Source: Rhodoferax sp. (GTDB taxonomy: Bacteria; Pseudomonadota; Gammaproteobacteria; Burkholderiales; Burkholderiaceae_C). From it: 64,000 nucleotides of DNA. Every line of letters starts with the position of its first letter. Within the stretch, counting starts at the first letter, position 1. The stretch covers positions 14,038 to 78,037 of the forward strand of contig JARXAM010000072.1 of NCBI GenBank assembly GCA_029865845.1. Reading direction: 5' to 3'. Made by a program: the position numbers and the translations under genes. This document shows, in pieces, positions 18,822-27,922 of this stretch. Below the pieces are notes generated by a model that saw nothing but the letters and a program-made list of their open reading frames with translations, ran no database searches and was not told the origin of the DNA.

Positions 18822-21800
18822 ATGTCCATTCACGCAGCGCTGAACCACGTTACCCATTATTCGTACGACCGTCTGGTCAACCTCGGCCCCCAAGTGATCC
18901 GCCTGCGCCCTGCCCCGCACTGTCGCAGCAACATCATTTCCTACTCGCTCAAAGTCGAGCCCAGCACCCACTTCATCAACTGGCAGCAAGACCCGTTTGC
19001 CAACTACCAAGCGCGCTTGGTCTTTCCTGAGAAAACGCAAGAGTTCAAGGTCACAGTCGACTTGGTGGTCGAAATGGCGGTGTACAACCCCTTCGACTTT
19101 TTCCTCGAACCCGCAGCCGAAAACTTTCCTTTCAAATACGACAAGCTGCTCGGCCAGGAGCTGGCCCCCTACCTGGTGGCCGAGCCGCTGACCCCGGAGT
19201 TCAAAAAATTTCTGGACGCCATTGACCTCAAGGAACGCCGCACCATCGACTTTTTGGTCTACATCAACCAGTTGGTGCACAAGGCCGTCAGCTACACCAT
19301 CCGCATGGAACCCGGTGTGCAAACACCCGAGGAAACGCTGACGCTGGCCAGCGGTTCCTGCCGCGACTCTGGCTGGTTGCTGGTACAACTGCTGCGCCAC
19401 TGCGGGCTGGCAGCACGCTTTGTGTCGGGCTACCTGATCCAGCTGGCCCCGGACGTGAAGTCCCTGGACGGCCCCAGCGGCACCGAGGTCGACTTCACCG
19501 ACCTGCACGCATGGTGCGAGGTGTACCTGCCGGGTGCGGGCTGGATCGGGCTGGACGCCACCAGCGGCTTGCTGGCCGGCGAGGGCCACATCCCGCTGGC
19601 CTGCACCCCGCAACCCAGCGGCGCAGCCCCCATCGAAGGCGGCGTGGACAAATGCGAGGTGGAGTTCGCGCACCACATGCAAGTCACCCGCATGTACGAA
19701 TCGCCCCGGGTCACCAAGCCGTACACGCCCGAGCAGTGGGCCGATGTTATGGCGTTGGGCGACGCGGTGGATGCCGAACTGGTCACCGGGGATGTGCGCC
19801 TGACCATGGGCGGTGAGCCCACCTTTGTGGCGGTGAACGACCGCGACGCGCCCGAATGGAACACCGACGCCCTAGGCCCGACCAAGCGTGGTTTTGCCAC
19901 CGAGCTGGTGCACAAACTGCGTGATGAATATGGTCAAGGCGGCTTCCTGCATTTTGGCCAGGGCAAGTGGTACCCCGGCGAGCAGTTGCCACGCTGGGCG
20001 CTCAACATTTACTGGCGTGCCGACAAGCAAAAGGTGTGGAACAACCCGGCCCTGTTCACCGACGAGCGCAAGCCCACCCACTACACCGCAGAGGACGCGG
20101 GCTACTTCATCCGCACCCTCGCGGGCAAGCTCGGCCTGACCGACAAGTACGTACAGGCAGGCTATGAGGACACCTGGTACTACCTGTGGCGCGAGCGCCG
20201 CCTGCCAGTGAATGTGGACCCCTTTAACAGCAAGCTCGATGACGAAATGGAGCGCGCCCGCCTGCGCCGCGTGTTCGAGCAAAAGCTCGATTCGGTGGTG
20301 GGCTATGTGCTGCCCCTCAAGGTAGGCGATGGCCCGCGCCTGACCGGCCCGAGCTGGACTACCGGCCCCTGGTTCTTCCGCGATGAGCGCATGTACCTCA
20401 TGCCCGGCGACTCGCCCATGGGCCTGCGTCTGCCGTTGGATTCCCTGCCTTGGGTCAGCCAGGGCGACTACCCCTATTTGGTGGAACGGGACCCCACCGT
20501 AGACCGCGGCGCTCTGCCCCCACACGCAGCCTATGCACAGCGCTATGCAACAAGCCCCACCAGCTCCGTGGGGGCGGACCCTGTCGAAGCCCTTCGACAG
20601 GCCCAGGGAGAACGAGGACCGATGGCCAGCCCCACTGGCAGCGTAGCGCCCAACGGCACGCCGTATCTGGCTGGCAACCTCGCCGTGCCGGAAGCCGACC
20701 GCAAGATGCAAAGTGCCAAGGGCGCGGGTGACACCAGCATTGCCACCAACGCCCAAAGCGCCAAGCAGCCTGAGCCAGCGATGTACGCACAGGCTCCGAA
20801 CCGCTTTGAGTCCGCTCACTGGATCACCCGCACCGCGCTGTGCGTGGAAGTGCGCGACCCGCGCCATGCCAGCGGCCCCAAGGCCGAAGCCGTGGGCTCC
20901 AAATCGGGGGTGATGTATGTCTTCATGCCGCCTCTGGAGCGACTGGAAGACTACCTGGACCTGCTGGCAGCCATCGAGGCCACAGCCACCGACCTGAAGA
21001 TGCAAATCGTGCTGGAAGGCTACCCGCCCCCCCGCGACCCGCGCTTGAAGCTCTTGCAAGTCACCCCGGACCCGGGCGTGATCGAGGTGAACGTCCACCC
21101 GGTAACGAACTGGAGAGAGCTGGTCTACAACACCGAGTTTTTGTACAACGCGGCCTTCGAGTCGCGCCTGTCGGCCGAGAAGTTCATGACCGATGGCCGT
21201 CACACCGGCACCGGTGGGGGCAACCACTTTGTGATGGGCGGCGCCACTCCCGCAGACAGCCCGTTCCTGCGCAAGCCAGAGCTACTGGCCAGCCTGCTGC
21301 TGTACTGGCACAACCACCCGTCCCTGAGCTACCTCTTCAGCGGTATGTTTGTGGGCCCTACCAGCCAGGCCCCGCGCGTGGACGAAGCCCGCAACGACCA
21401 GCTCTACGAGCTGGAAATCGCCATCGAGCAGATCTACAAAAACCGCGAGATGTATGGGCAGAGCATGCCGCCGTGGTTGGTGGACCGCACGCTGCGCAAC
21501 ATCCTGATTGACGTGACAGGCAACACGCACCGCAGCGAGTTTTCCATCGACAAGATGTACTCGCCAGACTCCTCCACCGGTCGTCTGGGCCTGCTGGAAT
21601 TGCGCGCCTTCGAGATGCCGCCCCACCCCCACATGAGCAGCGTGCAGCAGCTCTTGCTGCGCGCGCTGGTGGCCCGCTTCTGGAAGACGCCCTACAAGGC
21701 CCCGGTCACCCGCTGGGGCACCGAGCTGCACGACCGCTACATGCTGCCCACCTTCATCAAAATGGACTTTGATGATGTGATCGCCGACATGAACGCTGCG

Positions 21801-22400
21801 GGCTACGCGTTTGACACCAGCTGGTTTGCGCCGCACTACGAGTTCCGCTTTCCGCTCGTAGGCTCAGTCAAGAGCATGGGCGTGGAGGTGACCCTGCGCA
21901 ACGCGCTGGAGCCGTGGCATGTGATGGGCGAAGAGAGCTCTGCCGGCGGCACCGCCCGCTACGTGGACTCCAGCCTGGAACGACTGGAAGTGCGCGTCAC
22001 CGGCCTCAATGAGAGCCGCTATGTGGTCACCTGCAACGGCGAAGCCCTGCCCATGACCAGCACCGGCACGGTGGGTGAATTTGTAGCCGCCGTGCGCTAC
22101 AAGGCCTGGAACCCGCCGAGCAGCCTGCACCCCACCATTGGTGTGCATGCCTCGCTGACCTTTGACATCGTGGACACCTGGATGAAGCGCTCGCTAGGCG
22201 GCTGCCAGTACTTTGTGTCCCACCCCGGCGGGCGCAATTACGACACCTTCCCAGTCAACAGCTACGAGGCCGAAAGCCGCCGCCTGGCGCGGTTTGCGGC
22301 CATGGGCCACACGCCGGGCACGCTGGTGGTGCCACCGGCCACCATCCAGGTGCCGGGCAGCAAAGAGTTCCCGTTCACCAAAGACATGCGCCGCGTATAA
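18822..22400 (+). CDS. Transglutaminase fused to DUF2126 (putative COOH-NH2 amidoligase)
   Basis: N-terminal HVTHYSYD...IRLRP; triad GSCRD / DLHAWCEV / GLDAT; DUF2126 motifs GGEPTF, GKWYPGE, DPGVIEVN, GGGNH, SQAPR, ELRAFEM. Confidence 0.93.
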   Translation: MSIHAALNHVTHYSYDRLVNLGPQVIRLRPAPHCRSNIISYSLKVEPSTHFINWQQDPFANYQARLVFPEKTQEFKVTVDLVVEMAVYNPFDFFLEPAAENFPFKYDKLLGQELAPYLVAEPLTPEFKKFLDAIDLKERRTIDFLVYINQLVHKAVSYTIRMEPGVQTPEETLTLASGSCRDSGWLLVQLLRHCGLAARFVSGYLIQLAPDVKSLDGPSGTEVDFTDLHAWCEVYLPGAGWIGLDATSGLLAGEGHIPLACTPQPSGAAPIEGGVDKCEVEFAHHMQVTRMYESPRVTKPYTPEQWADVMALGDAVDAELVTGDVRLTMGGEPTFVAVNDRDAPEWNTDALGPTKRGFATELVHKLRDEYGQGGFLHFGQGKWYPGEQLPRWALNIYWRADKQKVWNNPALFTDERKPTHYTAEDAGYFIRTLAGKLGLTDKYVQAGYEDTWYYLWRERRLPVNVDPFNSKLDDEMERARLRRVFEQKLDSVVGYVLPLKVGDGPRLTGPSWTTGPWFFRDERMYLMPGDSPMGLRLPLDSLPWVSQGDYPYLVERDPTVDRGALPPHAAYAQRYATSPTSSVGADPVEALRQAQGERGPMASPTGSVAPNGTPYLAGNLAVPEADRKMQSAKGAGDTSIATNAQSAKQPEPAMYAQAPNRFESAHWITRTALCVEVRDPRHASGPKAEAVGSKSGVMYVFMPPLERLEDYLDLLAAIEATATDLKMQIVLEGYPPPRDPRLKLLQVTPDPGVIEVNVHPVTNWRELVYNTEFLYNAAFESRLSAEKFMTDGRHTGTGGGNHFVMGGATPADSPFLRKPELLASLLLYWHNHPSLSYLFSGMFVGPTSQAPRVDEARNDQLYELEIAIEQIYKNREMYGQSMPPWLVDRTLRNILIDVTGNTHRSEFSIDKMYSPDSSTGRLGLLELRAFEMPPHPHMSSVQQLLLRALVARFWKTPYKAPVTRWGTELHDRYMLPTFIKMDFDDVIADMNAAGYAFDTSWFAPHYEFRFPLVGSVKSMGVEVTLRNALEPWHVMGEESSAGGTARYVDSSLERLEVRVTGLNESRYVVTCNGEALPMTSTGTVGEFVAAVRYKAWNPPSSLHPTIGVHASLTFDIVDTWMKRSLGGCQYFVSHPGGRNYDTFPVNSYEAESRRLARFAAMGHTPGTLVVPPATIQVPGSKEFPFTKDMRRV

Positions 22401-22505
22401 CTCCGTACGCGACACCCACAGGCTCGCGTCGCACGGGGCGAGCCTTTACGCGCCCAGTGGGGCTCAGGCCCCGGGCACACGCTATTCCACTTCACAGAAG
22501 GCTGT

Positions 22506-23210
22506 ATGACTTCCATCAACTTTATTGGCGGCGAAAAAGGCGGGGTCGGCAAATCGGTCGTTTCCCGTTTGCTGGCGCAGTATTTCATTGACCAGGGTCG
22601 CGCATTTGTCGGCTTTGACACTGACCGGTCACACACCTCGTTCACCCGCTTTTATGCCGACTACGCGGCCCCTGTCGTGGTGGACAACTACGAGGGCCTA
22701 GACCTCACGGTGGCGCACTTCGAGCAGGCGAGCGTACCCAGTGCTGCGCCACCGGTGATCGTCGATCTTGCCGCCCAGACGGCCGCGCCCCTGGCCCGGT
22801 GGGCCAAGGACTCTGACCTTGTCAGTCTGATGGCGAGCATGGGCATAACCGTTAACTTTTGGCATGTGGCTGACGCGGGGAAGGACTCGGTAGCCCTGTT
22901 GGACCGACTGGTCGCCACCCATGGCGCGGGGCCCAATTACATCGTCGTCAAGAATCAGGGCCGCGGGAGCGACTTTTCGCTTTTGGAACAATCTGCCGCG
23001 CTCCAAAAAGCGGTGGCTGTGGGGGCCACGGTCATCACCTTGCCGGCACTGCACGAGGCCAGCATGCGAAAAATAGACCGCCAAAATGCCAGCTTCTGGG
23101 CGGCCATTCACCACCGGGATGGCCCGGACGCGCTGGGCATGCTGGAACGGCAACGGGTCAAAACATGGCTCAAATCCTGTTACAGCGCGGTGAATGACCT
23201 GCATTTGTGA
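22506..23210 (+). CDS. ParA/MinD-like (SIMIBI) P-loop ATPase, often labelled mobilization protein-like
   Basis: Deviant Walker A GGEKGGVGKS, DTD motif, VIVDLAAQ Walker B, VKN. Confidence 0.75.
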   Translation: MTSINFIGGEKGGVGKSVVSRLLAQYFIDQGRAFVGFDTDRSHTSFTRFYADYAAPVVVDNYEGLDLTVAHFEQASVPSAAPPVIVDLAAQTAAPLARWAKDSDLVSLMASMGITVNFWHVADAGKDSVALLDRLVATHGAGPNYIVVKNQGRGSDFSLLEQSAALQKAVAVGATVITLPALHEASMRKIDRQNASFWAAIHHRDGPDALGMLERQRVKTWLKSCYSAVNDLHL

Positions 23211-23254
23211 GCCCTGTAGACCCCGCCCGAACACTGGAGTGCAAAAGACGGAAA

Positions 23255-23296
23255 TTGACGGGGTTCAAGGCCACACCGTTAATTCCTCCTTACTAT
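23255..23296 (+). promoter_or_regulatory. FNR-type box with class II promoter geometry upstream of HiPIP
   Basis: TTGAC-GGGG-TTCAA (23255-23268, 8/10 vs TTGAT-N4-ATCAA) and -10 TACTAT (23291-23296); box centre is -41.5 from the implied +1 at 23303. Confidence 0.6.
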
Positions 23297-23348
23297 TGCG
23301 AGGCCCACCCGCTATCGTGCGGCGCCAACCACCAACAGGACTATCACC

Positions 23349-23654
23349 ATGACACAACGTCGCGAATTCATTGCTCAATTCACCGTAGCCAGCACCGCGC
23401 TGTGGGCCTGTGGAGTGCAGGCGGCTGCGCCTCTGGTTGCGGACAGCGACCCGCAAGCCGTGCAACTGGGCTACAAATCCGATGCGAGCAAAGTGGACAA
23501 AGCCAAGTTTCCCAAGTTCGCCGCCGGGCAAGCCTGTGCCAATTGCGCGCTCTACCAAGGCAAGCCCAGCGACGCTGCAGCCGCGTGCGCACTGTTTGCA
23601 GGCAAGCAAGTGGCTGGCAAAGCGTGGTGCAACGCATACGCAAAGAAAGCCTAA
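23349..23654 (+). CDS. High-potential iron-sulfur protein (HiPIP), Tat-exported
   Basis: Twin-Arg QRREFI; DPQAVQLGY; four ligands CANC...C..F...WC; AGGA RBS. Confidence 0.93.
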   Translation: MTQRREFIAQFTVASTALWACGVQAAAPLVADSDPQAVQLGYKSDASKVDKAKFPKFAAGQACANCALYQGKPSDAAAACALFAGKQVAGKAWCNAYAKKA

Positions 23655-23787
23655 GCCACGGGGTCTGGGGCAGGGTGCAACCCCAGCATGGTCAGCCCTT
23701 CCCGCCCCTCTTGACCATGCCCTCTGCGCGGCACGTGCACCGGCAGACTGCCGTGCAGCCGATGCCAGGCTGGCATACTTCAGCCCA

Positions 23788-26409
23788 GTGACTTCCAACG
23801 ACGACTCCCCTTCCGCCAACACCTCTCGTAGCCTGTCCGAGCTACAGCGGCAGATAGCGACCTGTGTGGCAACGCATGGGCACTACGACGAACTGCGGGG
23901 CCTGCCCGATAGCGCAGCCAAGCCTGCTGGGATCCGTAGCGCATGGGCAGAATTTTTTCAATGTCTAGAGGCAGAAGGCGTGAATGCGCTGGATCAGCGC
24001 GTGACCAGTTTGCAGCGCCAGATCCGCGACAACGGTGTCACCTACAACGTGTATGCCGATGCCGAGGGGCCGCAACGCCCCTGGTCTTTGGACCTGTTTC
24101 CCCTGATTGTGGATGCGCCCGATTGGAGCCGCATCGAGAGTGGCATTTTGCAGCGCATGCGGCTATTGGAGTCGGTCATGGCCGACGTGTATGGCCCCCA
24201 ATTGCTCTTGCGACAGGGCCTGTTGCCCAGCGCGTTGGTGCATGGGCACCCGGGTTTCCTGCGTCCCATGGTGGGTGTGCAGCCGGTGGGCGGCATCCAT
24301 TTGCATGTGGCAGCGTTTGATTTGGCGCGCGGCCCCGACGGCAATTGGTGGGTGGTCAGCCAACGCTGCCAAGCCCCCAGTGGTCTGGGCTATTTGCTGG
24401 AGAACCGGATCGCGGTGTCGCGGCAGTTTCCCCAGGCGTTTCAAGCCCTGAAGGTTCAACGACTGGCCGGTACCTATCGCGCCCTGATGGACAGCCTGAA
24501 AACCGCCAGCCCCGCAGGCGCGCAGGCCCACATTGCCCTGCTCACGCCCGGTCCGTACAACGAGACCTACTTTGAGCATGCCTACCTGGCCCGCTACCTG
24601 GGCCTGACGCTCGTGGAGGGTAGTGACCTTACCGTGCGCGACGAGCACCTCTACCTCAAAACCTTGCGGGGCTTGGTGCCCGTCCATGGCTTGCTCAAGC
24701 GGGTGGATGATGCCTATCTGGACCCACTGGAACTGCTACCCGAGTCCACCTTGGGTGTTCCCGGTTTGTTGCAGGCCATCCGTGCGGGCAATGTGCTGGT
24801 GGCCAATGCACCGGGCTCGGCGTTTTTGGAGTCTCCCGCCTTGTTGGGCTTCTTGCCTGCCATCTCCCAGGTACTGCTCGGTGAGGCCCTGACCCTGCCT
24901 GCACTGCCAACATGGTGGTGCGGTGAACGCAGCGCCATGGAAGGGGCGCTTCCTTGCCTGGGGGAGCGCACAGTCAAGCCCACCTACCCGGCGTCGCCTG
25001 TCCACGCAGGCTTTGAACCGGTACTGGGCAACAGCCTGAACCAGAGCGCCTTGGACCGCCTGGCAGGACGCATTGTTCGGCAAAGTGAAGAACATACGGT
25101 GCAGGCCTATCTGCCTTTTTCACAAATGCCAACATGGCGCAACAGCACCGACCCTGCGCGTGGTGCCAGCATGGAGGCCCACTCTGCGATGCTACGCGTG
25201 TTTGCGGTATCGCACGGCTTGGACGCAGACGGCAAGCCGCAATGGCAGGTATTGCCCGGTGGACTCGCCCGGGTAGCAGGTGCCAGTGCAGACATTGCGT
25301 CCATGCAACGTGGTGGCAGCAGCGCTGATGTGTGGGCACTGACGCAGGGTGAAGTTGACACAACCACCCTGCTGCCCACCACCCTCACGCCCGCGATATT
25401 GGCGCAACGCAAGCGCCTGGTGACGAGCCGCGCCGCCGAAAACTTGTATTGGCTGGGCCGCTACACCGAGCGTGCGGACAACACCATTCGGCTCGCCCGC
25501 CTTGCGCTGGAGTGTTTGGGGGGGGAAGATCAATCCAGCCCCCCCTTGCTGCAATGGCTGACCCAACTGGCTCACACCAACACACTGGTGTTGCCTGGTG
25601 TGCCCTCCGCCGTGTTGGCCCGCAGAGTATTTGAGCGCTCGATCATCGCCAGCTTGGCATCCGAAGATGGGGCGACCAGTGTGGGCTACAACATGCGCGC
25701 CCTCAAAATGGCGGCGGCCACTGTGCGCGAACGGCTCTCGCAAGAACACTGGAGCACCATCGTGCGGGCGGAGGACGATATGTTCCAGCGTTGCGCCCAC
25801 ATGGCATCCCAGGGGGACTACGCGCCCCACCAAGCGCTGCGCATTCTCAAGGATGCCAGCGACCATTTGGCTGCCATTACCGGTGCACAAACCGACCGGA
25901 TGACCCGCGACGATGGCTGGCGGCTACTCAGCATTGGCCGCCATGTAGAGCGGCTGAACTTCTTGACCACGGCGCTGGACCAGTCCTTTGACACCGGTTC
26001 CGTCGATACCAGCGGTGGGTTTGAGGCCTTGCTCGGCTTGTTTGACAGCACCATCACCTTCCATGCCCAGTACCAGCAAAGCCGCGATGTGGCCGCGCTT
26101 ATTGACTTGCTGGTGTTGGACCGGGACAACCCGCGCTCCCTGGCCTGGGTCACGCACACCTTGCGTGGGCGATTGGCCAAGTTGGCGCAGTGCCCGGCCT
26201 CGGAAATCAGCGGGATGGGGCTCTTGGTTCCCTTGCCAGACGACTGGACATTGGCGAGTTTGTGTGAGACCCCGACCAACGGCGACGTCATGCCCGCGCT
26301 GCGTGCGCTGTTGCAGGCACTAAGCACCGCGGCGTTTCAAGTGTCCGAGTCCATCAGCACTACCTATTTCACCCATTCGGGGGAAACCAACCAAAGCGTG
26401 GGTGCCTGA
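23788..26409 (+). CDS. Circularly permuted type 2 ATP-grasp fused to alpha-E domain
   Basis: NGVTYNVY, RPWSLD, QAPSGLGY, NETYFEHAYLARYLG, PGGLAR, GGSSADVW, then SRAAENLYWLGRYTERA and GRHVER; GTG start inferred. Confidence 0.92.
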   Translation: MTSNDDSPSANTSRSLSELQRQIATCVATHGHYDELRGLPDSAAKPAGIRSAWAEFFQCLEAEGVNALDQRVTSLQRQIRDNGVTYNVYADAEGPQRPWSLDLFPLIVDAPDWSRIESGILQRMRLLESVMADVYGPQLLLRQGLLPSALVHGHPGFLRPMVGVQPVGGIHLHVAAFDLARGPDGNWWVVSQRCQAPSGLGYLLENRIAVSRQFPQAFQALKVQRLAGTYRALMDSLKTASPAGAQAHIALLTPGPYNETYFEHAYLARYLGLTLVEGSDLTVRDEHLYLKTLRGLVPVHGLLKRVDDAYLDPLELLPESTLGVPGLLQAIRAGNVLVANAPGSAFLESPALLGFLPAISQVLLGEALTLPALPTWWCGERSAMEGALPCLGERTVKPTYPASPVHAGFEPVLGNSLNQSALDRLAGRIVRQSEEHTVQAYLPFSQMPTWRNSTDPARGASMEAHSAMLRVFAVSHGLDADGKPQWQVLPGGLARVAGASADIASMQRGGSSADVWALTQGEVDTTTLLPTTLTPAILAQRKRLVTSRAAENLYWLGRYTERADNTIRLARLALECLGGEDQSSPPLLQWLTQLAHTNTLVLPGVPSAVLARRVFERSIIASLASEDGATSVGYNMRALKMAAATVRERLSQEHWSTIVRAEDDMFQRCAHMASQGDYAPHQALRILKDASDHLAAITGAQTDRMTRDDGWRLLSIGRHVERLNFLTTALDQSFDTGSVDTSGGFEALLGLFDSTITFHAQYQQSRDVAALIDLLVLDRDNPRSLAWVTHTLRGRLAKLAQCPASEISGMGLLVPLPDDWTLASLCETPTNGDVMPALRALLQALSTAAFQVSESISTTYFTHSGETNQSVGA

Positions 26410-27332
26410 TGCTGCTGACCGTCACCCACGAAACCCGCTATGACTACCAGCCCGCGGTAGAGACCGCGCAGCATGTCGCCTACCTCAGCCCCCATGGGCA
26501 TGCGGGCCAGGACGTGATCAGCCACCAGCTCGCCATCTACCCGCCCCCGGCCAAACAGCAGTTCGCCCTGGATGTGTATGGCAACCACCGCTGTTTCTTT
26601 TCGTTGCAAGCACCCCACGGGGTCTTAGAGGTTCGCGCATCCAGTGTGGTAGCCACACGACGCGGCTCGCTCCCCCACAGTGCCGTTCCTTGGGAGACCT
26701 TGCGTGAACATCTGCGGTTTCAGGCAGGTGCCGTATATGAACCGGCCACTGAGTTCATCTTTGCAAGTCCCTTTGTGCCGCGCCACCCCGAGTTCGCCGC
26801 ATACGCGCGCCCGTGCTTTGTCCCCGGCACCGATGTGATTGCGGTGGCCCGTGAACTCATGGAACGCATCCACCAGGACTTCACCTACGAGACCAACAGC
26901 ACGCAAATCAGCACACCCGCCCTGCAAGCCCTGGAACAACGCAAAGGGGTATGCCAGGACTTTGCGCACATCATGTTGGCGTGCTGGCGCAGCATGGGGC
27001 TGCCGGCGCGCTACGTGAGCGGCTATCTGCTAACCCAGGCCGCACCCGGCACGGTCAAACTCGTAGGAAGCGATGCGTCCCATGCATGGGTCAGCGTTTT
27101 TGTGCCCGACCTGCCTGCCGACAAACAGTGGGTCGATTTTGACCCCACCAACAACCGCTGGGGGTGGCATGCCCCCGGCGAAGACTATGTGACGGTGGCG
27201 ATAGGGCGCGATTTTGGAGACGTGTCCCCTCTGCGAGGTGTCATCCATGGAGGCTCACGACACACCTTGACAGTGGGCGTCACTGTTGAGGACGTGCCCT
27301 CGCCTGCACCAGACACAGACACCGTGGCGTAA
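26409..27332 (+). CDS. Bacterial transglutaminase family protein
   Basis: HETRYDY N-domain; triad GVCQDFAH / SHAWVSV / DFDPTN; GRDFGDVSPLRG; start overlaps the upstream stop (TGATG). Confidence 0.95.
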   Translation: MLLTVTHETRYDYQPAVETAQHVAYLSPHGHAGQDVISHQLAIYPPPAKQQFALDVYGNHRCFFSLQAPHGVLEVRASSVVATRRGSLPHSAVPWETLREHLRFQAGAVYEPATEFIFASPFVPRHPEFAAYARPCFVPGTDVIAVARELMERIHQDFTYETNSTQISTPALQALEQRKGVCQDFAHIMLACWRSMGLPARYVSGYLLTQAAPGTVKLVGSDASHAWVSVFVPDLPADKQWVDFDPTNNRWGWHAPGEDYVTVAIGRDFGDVSPLRGVIHGGSRHTLTVGVTVEDVPSPAPDTDTVA

Positions 27333-27417
27333 GCACCGCAGCGCAACAGAAAATCGCCTGACGCAGGTCTTTTGCGATTACGATTTCACCCCCCTTGCAT
27401 TACACAGAAACCCTGCG

Positions 27418-27876
27418 ATGAACCCCTACGACAAACTTAGCGAACTTGGAATTGAACTGCCCCCCATCGCGCTGCCCGCAGCAGCCTATGTACCGTTTGT
27501 GCAAACAGGGAAATTGGTGTTTCTGAGTGGACATATCGCCAAAAGAAATGGCCAGCCTTGGGTGGGCCAATTGGGCAAGAACATGGATACCGCAGAGGGG
27601 AAAATGGCTGCCCGCAATATCGCCATCGACCTGTTGGGCACCCTGCACGCGGCAGTGGGAGACTTGAACCACGTGACGCGAATCGTGAAGGTCATGTCCT
27701 TGGTGAACTCGACGTCCGACTTTACCGAGCAGCACCTGGTAACCAACGGAGCCAGCGAACTGTTGGGTGAGGTGTTTGGACGGCAAGTGGGTGCCCACGC
27801 GCGCAGCGCCTTTGGGGTTGCACAAATTCCCATGGGCGCGTGCGTGGAGATTGAACTGATCGCAGAAGTCGCCTGA
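27418..27876 (+). CDS. RidA/YjgF family protein
   Basis: AAYVP, LSGH, NGASELL, HARSAFG, VEIE. Confidence 0.9.
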   Translation: MNPYDKLSELGIELPPIALPAAAYVPFVQTGKLVFLSGHIAKRNGQPWVGQLGKNMDTAEGKMAARNIAIDLLGTLHAAVGDLNHVTRIVKVMSLVNSTSDFTEQHLVTNGASELLGEVFGRQVGAHARSAFGVAQIPMGACVEIELIAEVA

Positions 27877-27922
27877 ACGGGGCGCGCCAATCGCGTTCCG
27901 TCACAGCAAGCACCCGCTGACG

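Noticed and set aside
22506-23210. Evidence of a conjugative or mobile element from the mobilization-like gene
   Set aside because: No relaxase, T4SS, integrase, att repeats or compositional shift around it
23771-23784. Possible sigma54 motif before the ATP-grasp/alpha-E fusion (TGGCATACTTCAGC)
   Set aside because: Spacing is 9 and it is too close to the inferred start codon
23410-23787. N-terminal extension of the 999-aa ORF overlapping HiPIP
   Set aside because: Overlaps the well-supported HiPIP gene in another frame; family similarity begins only after about 23788
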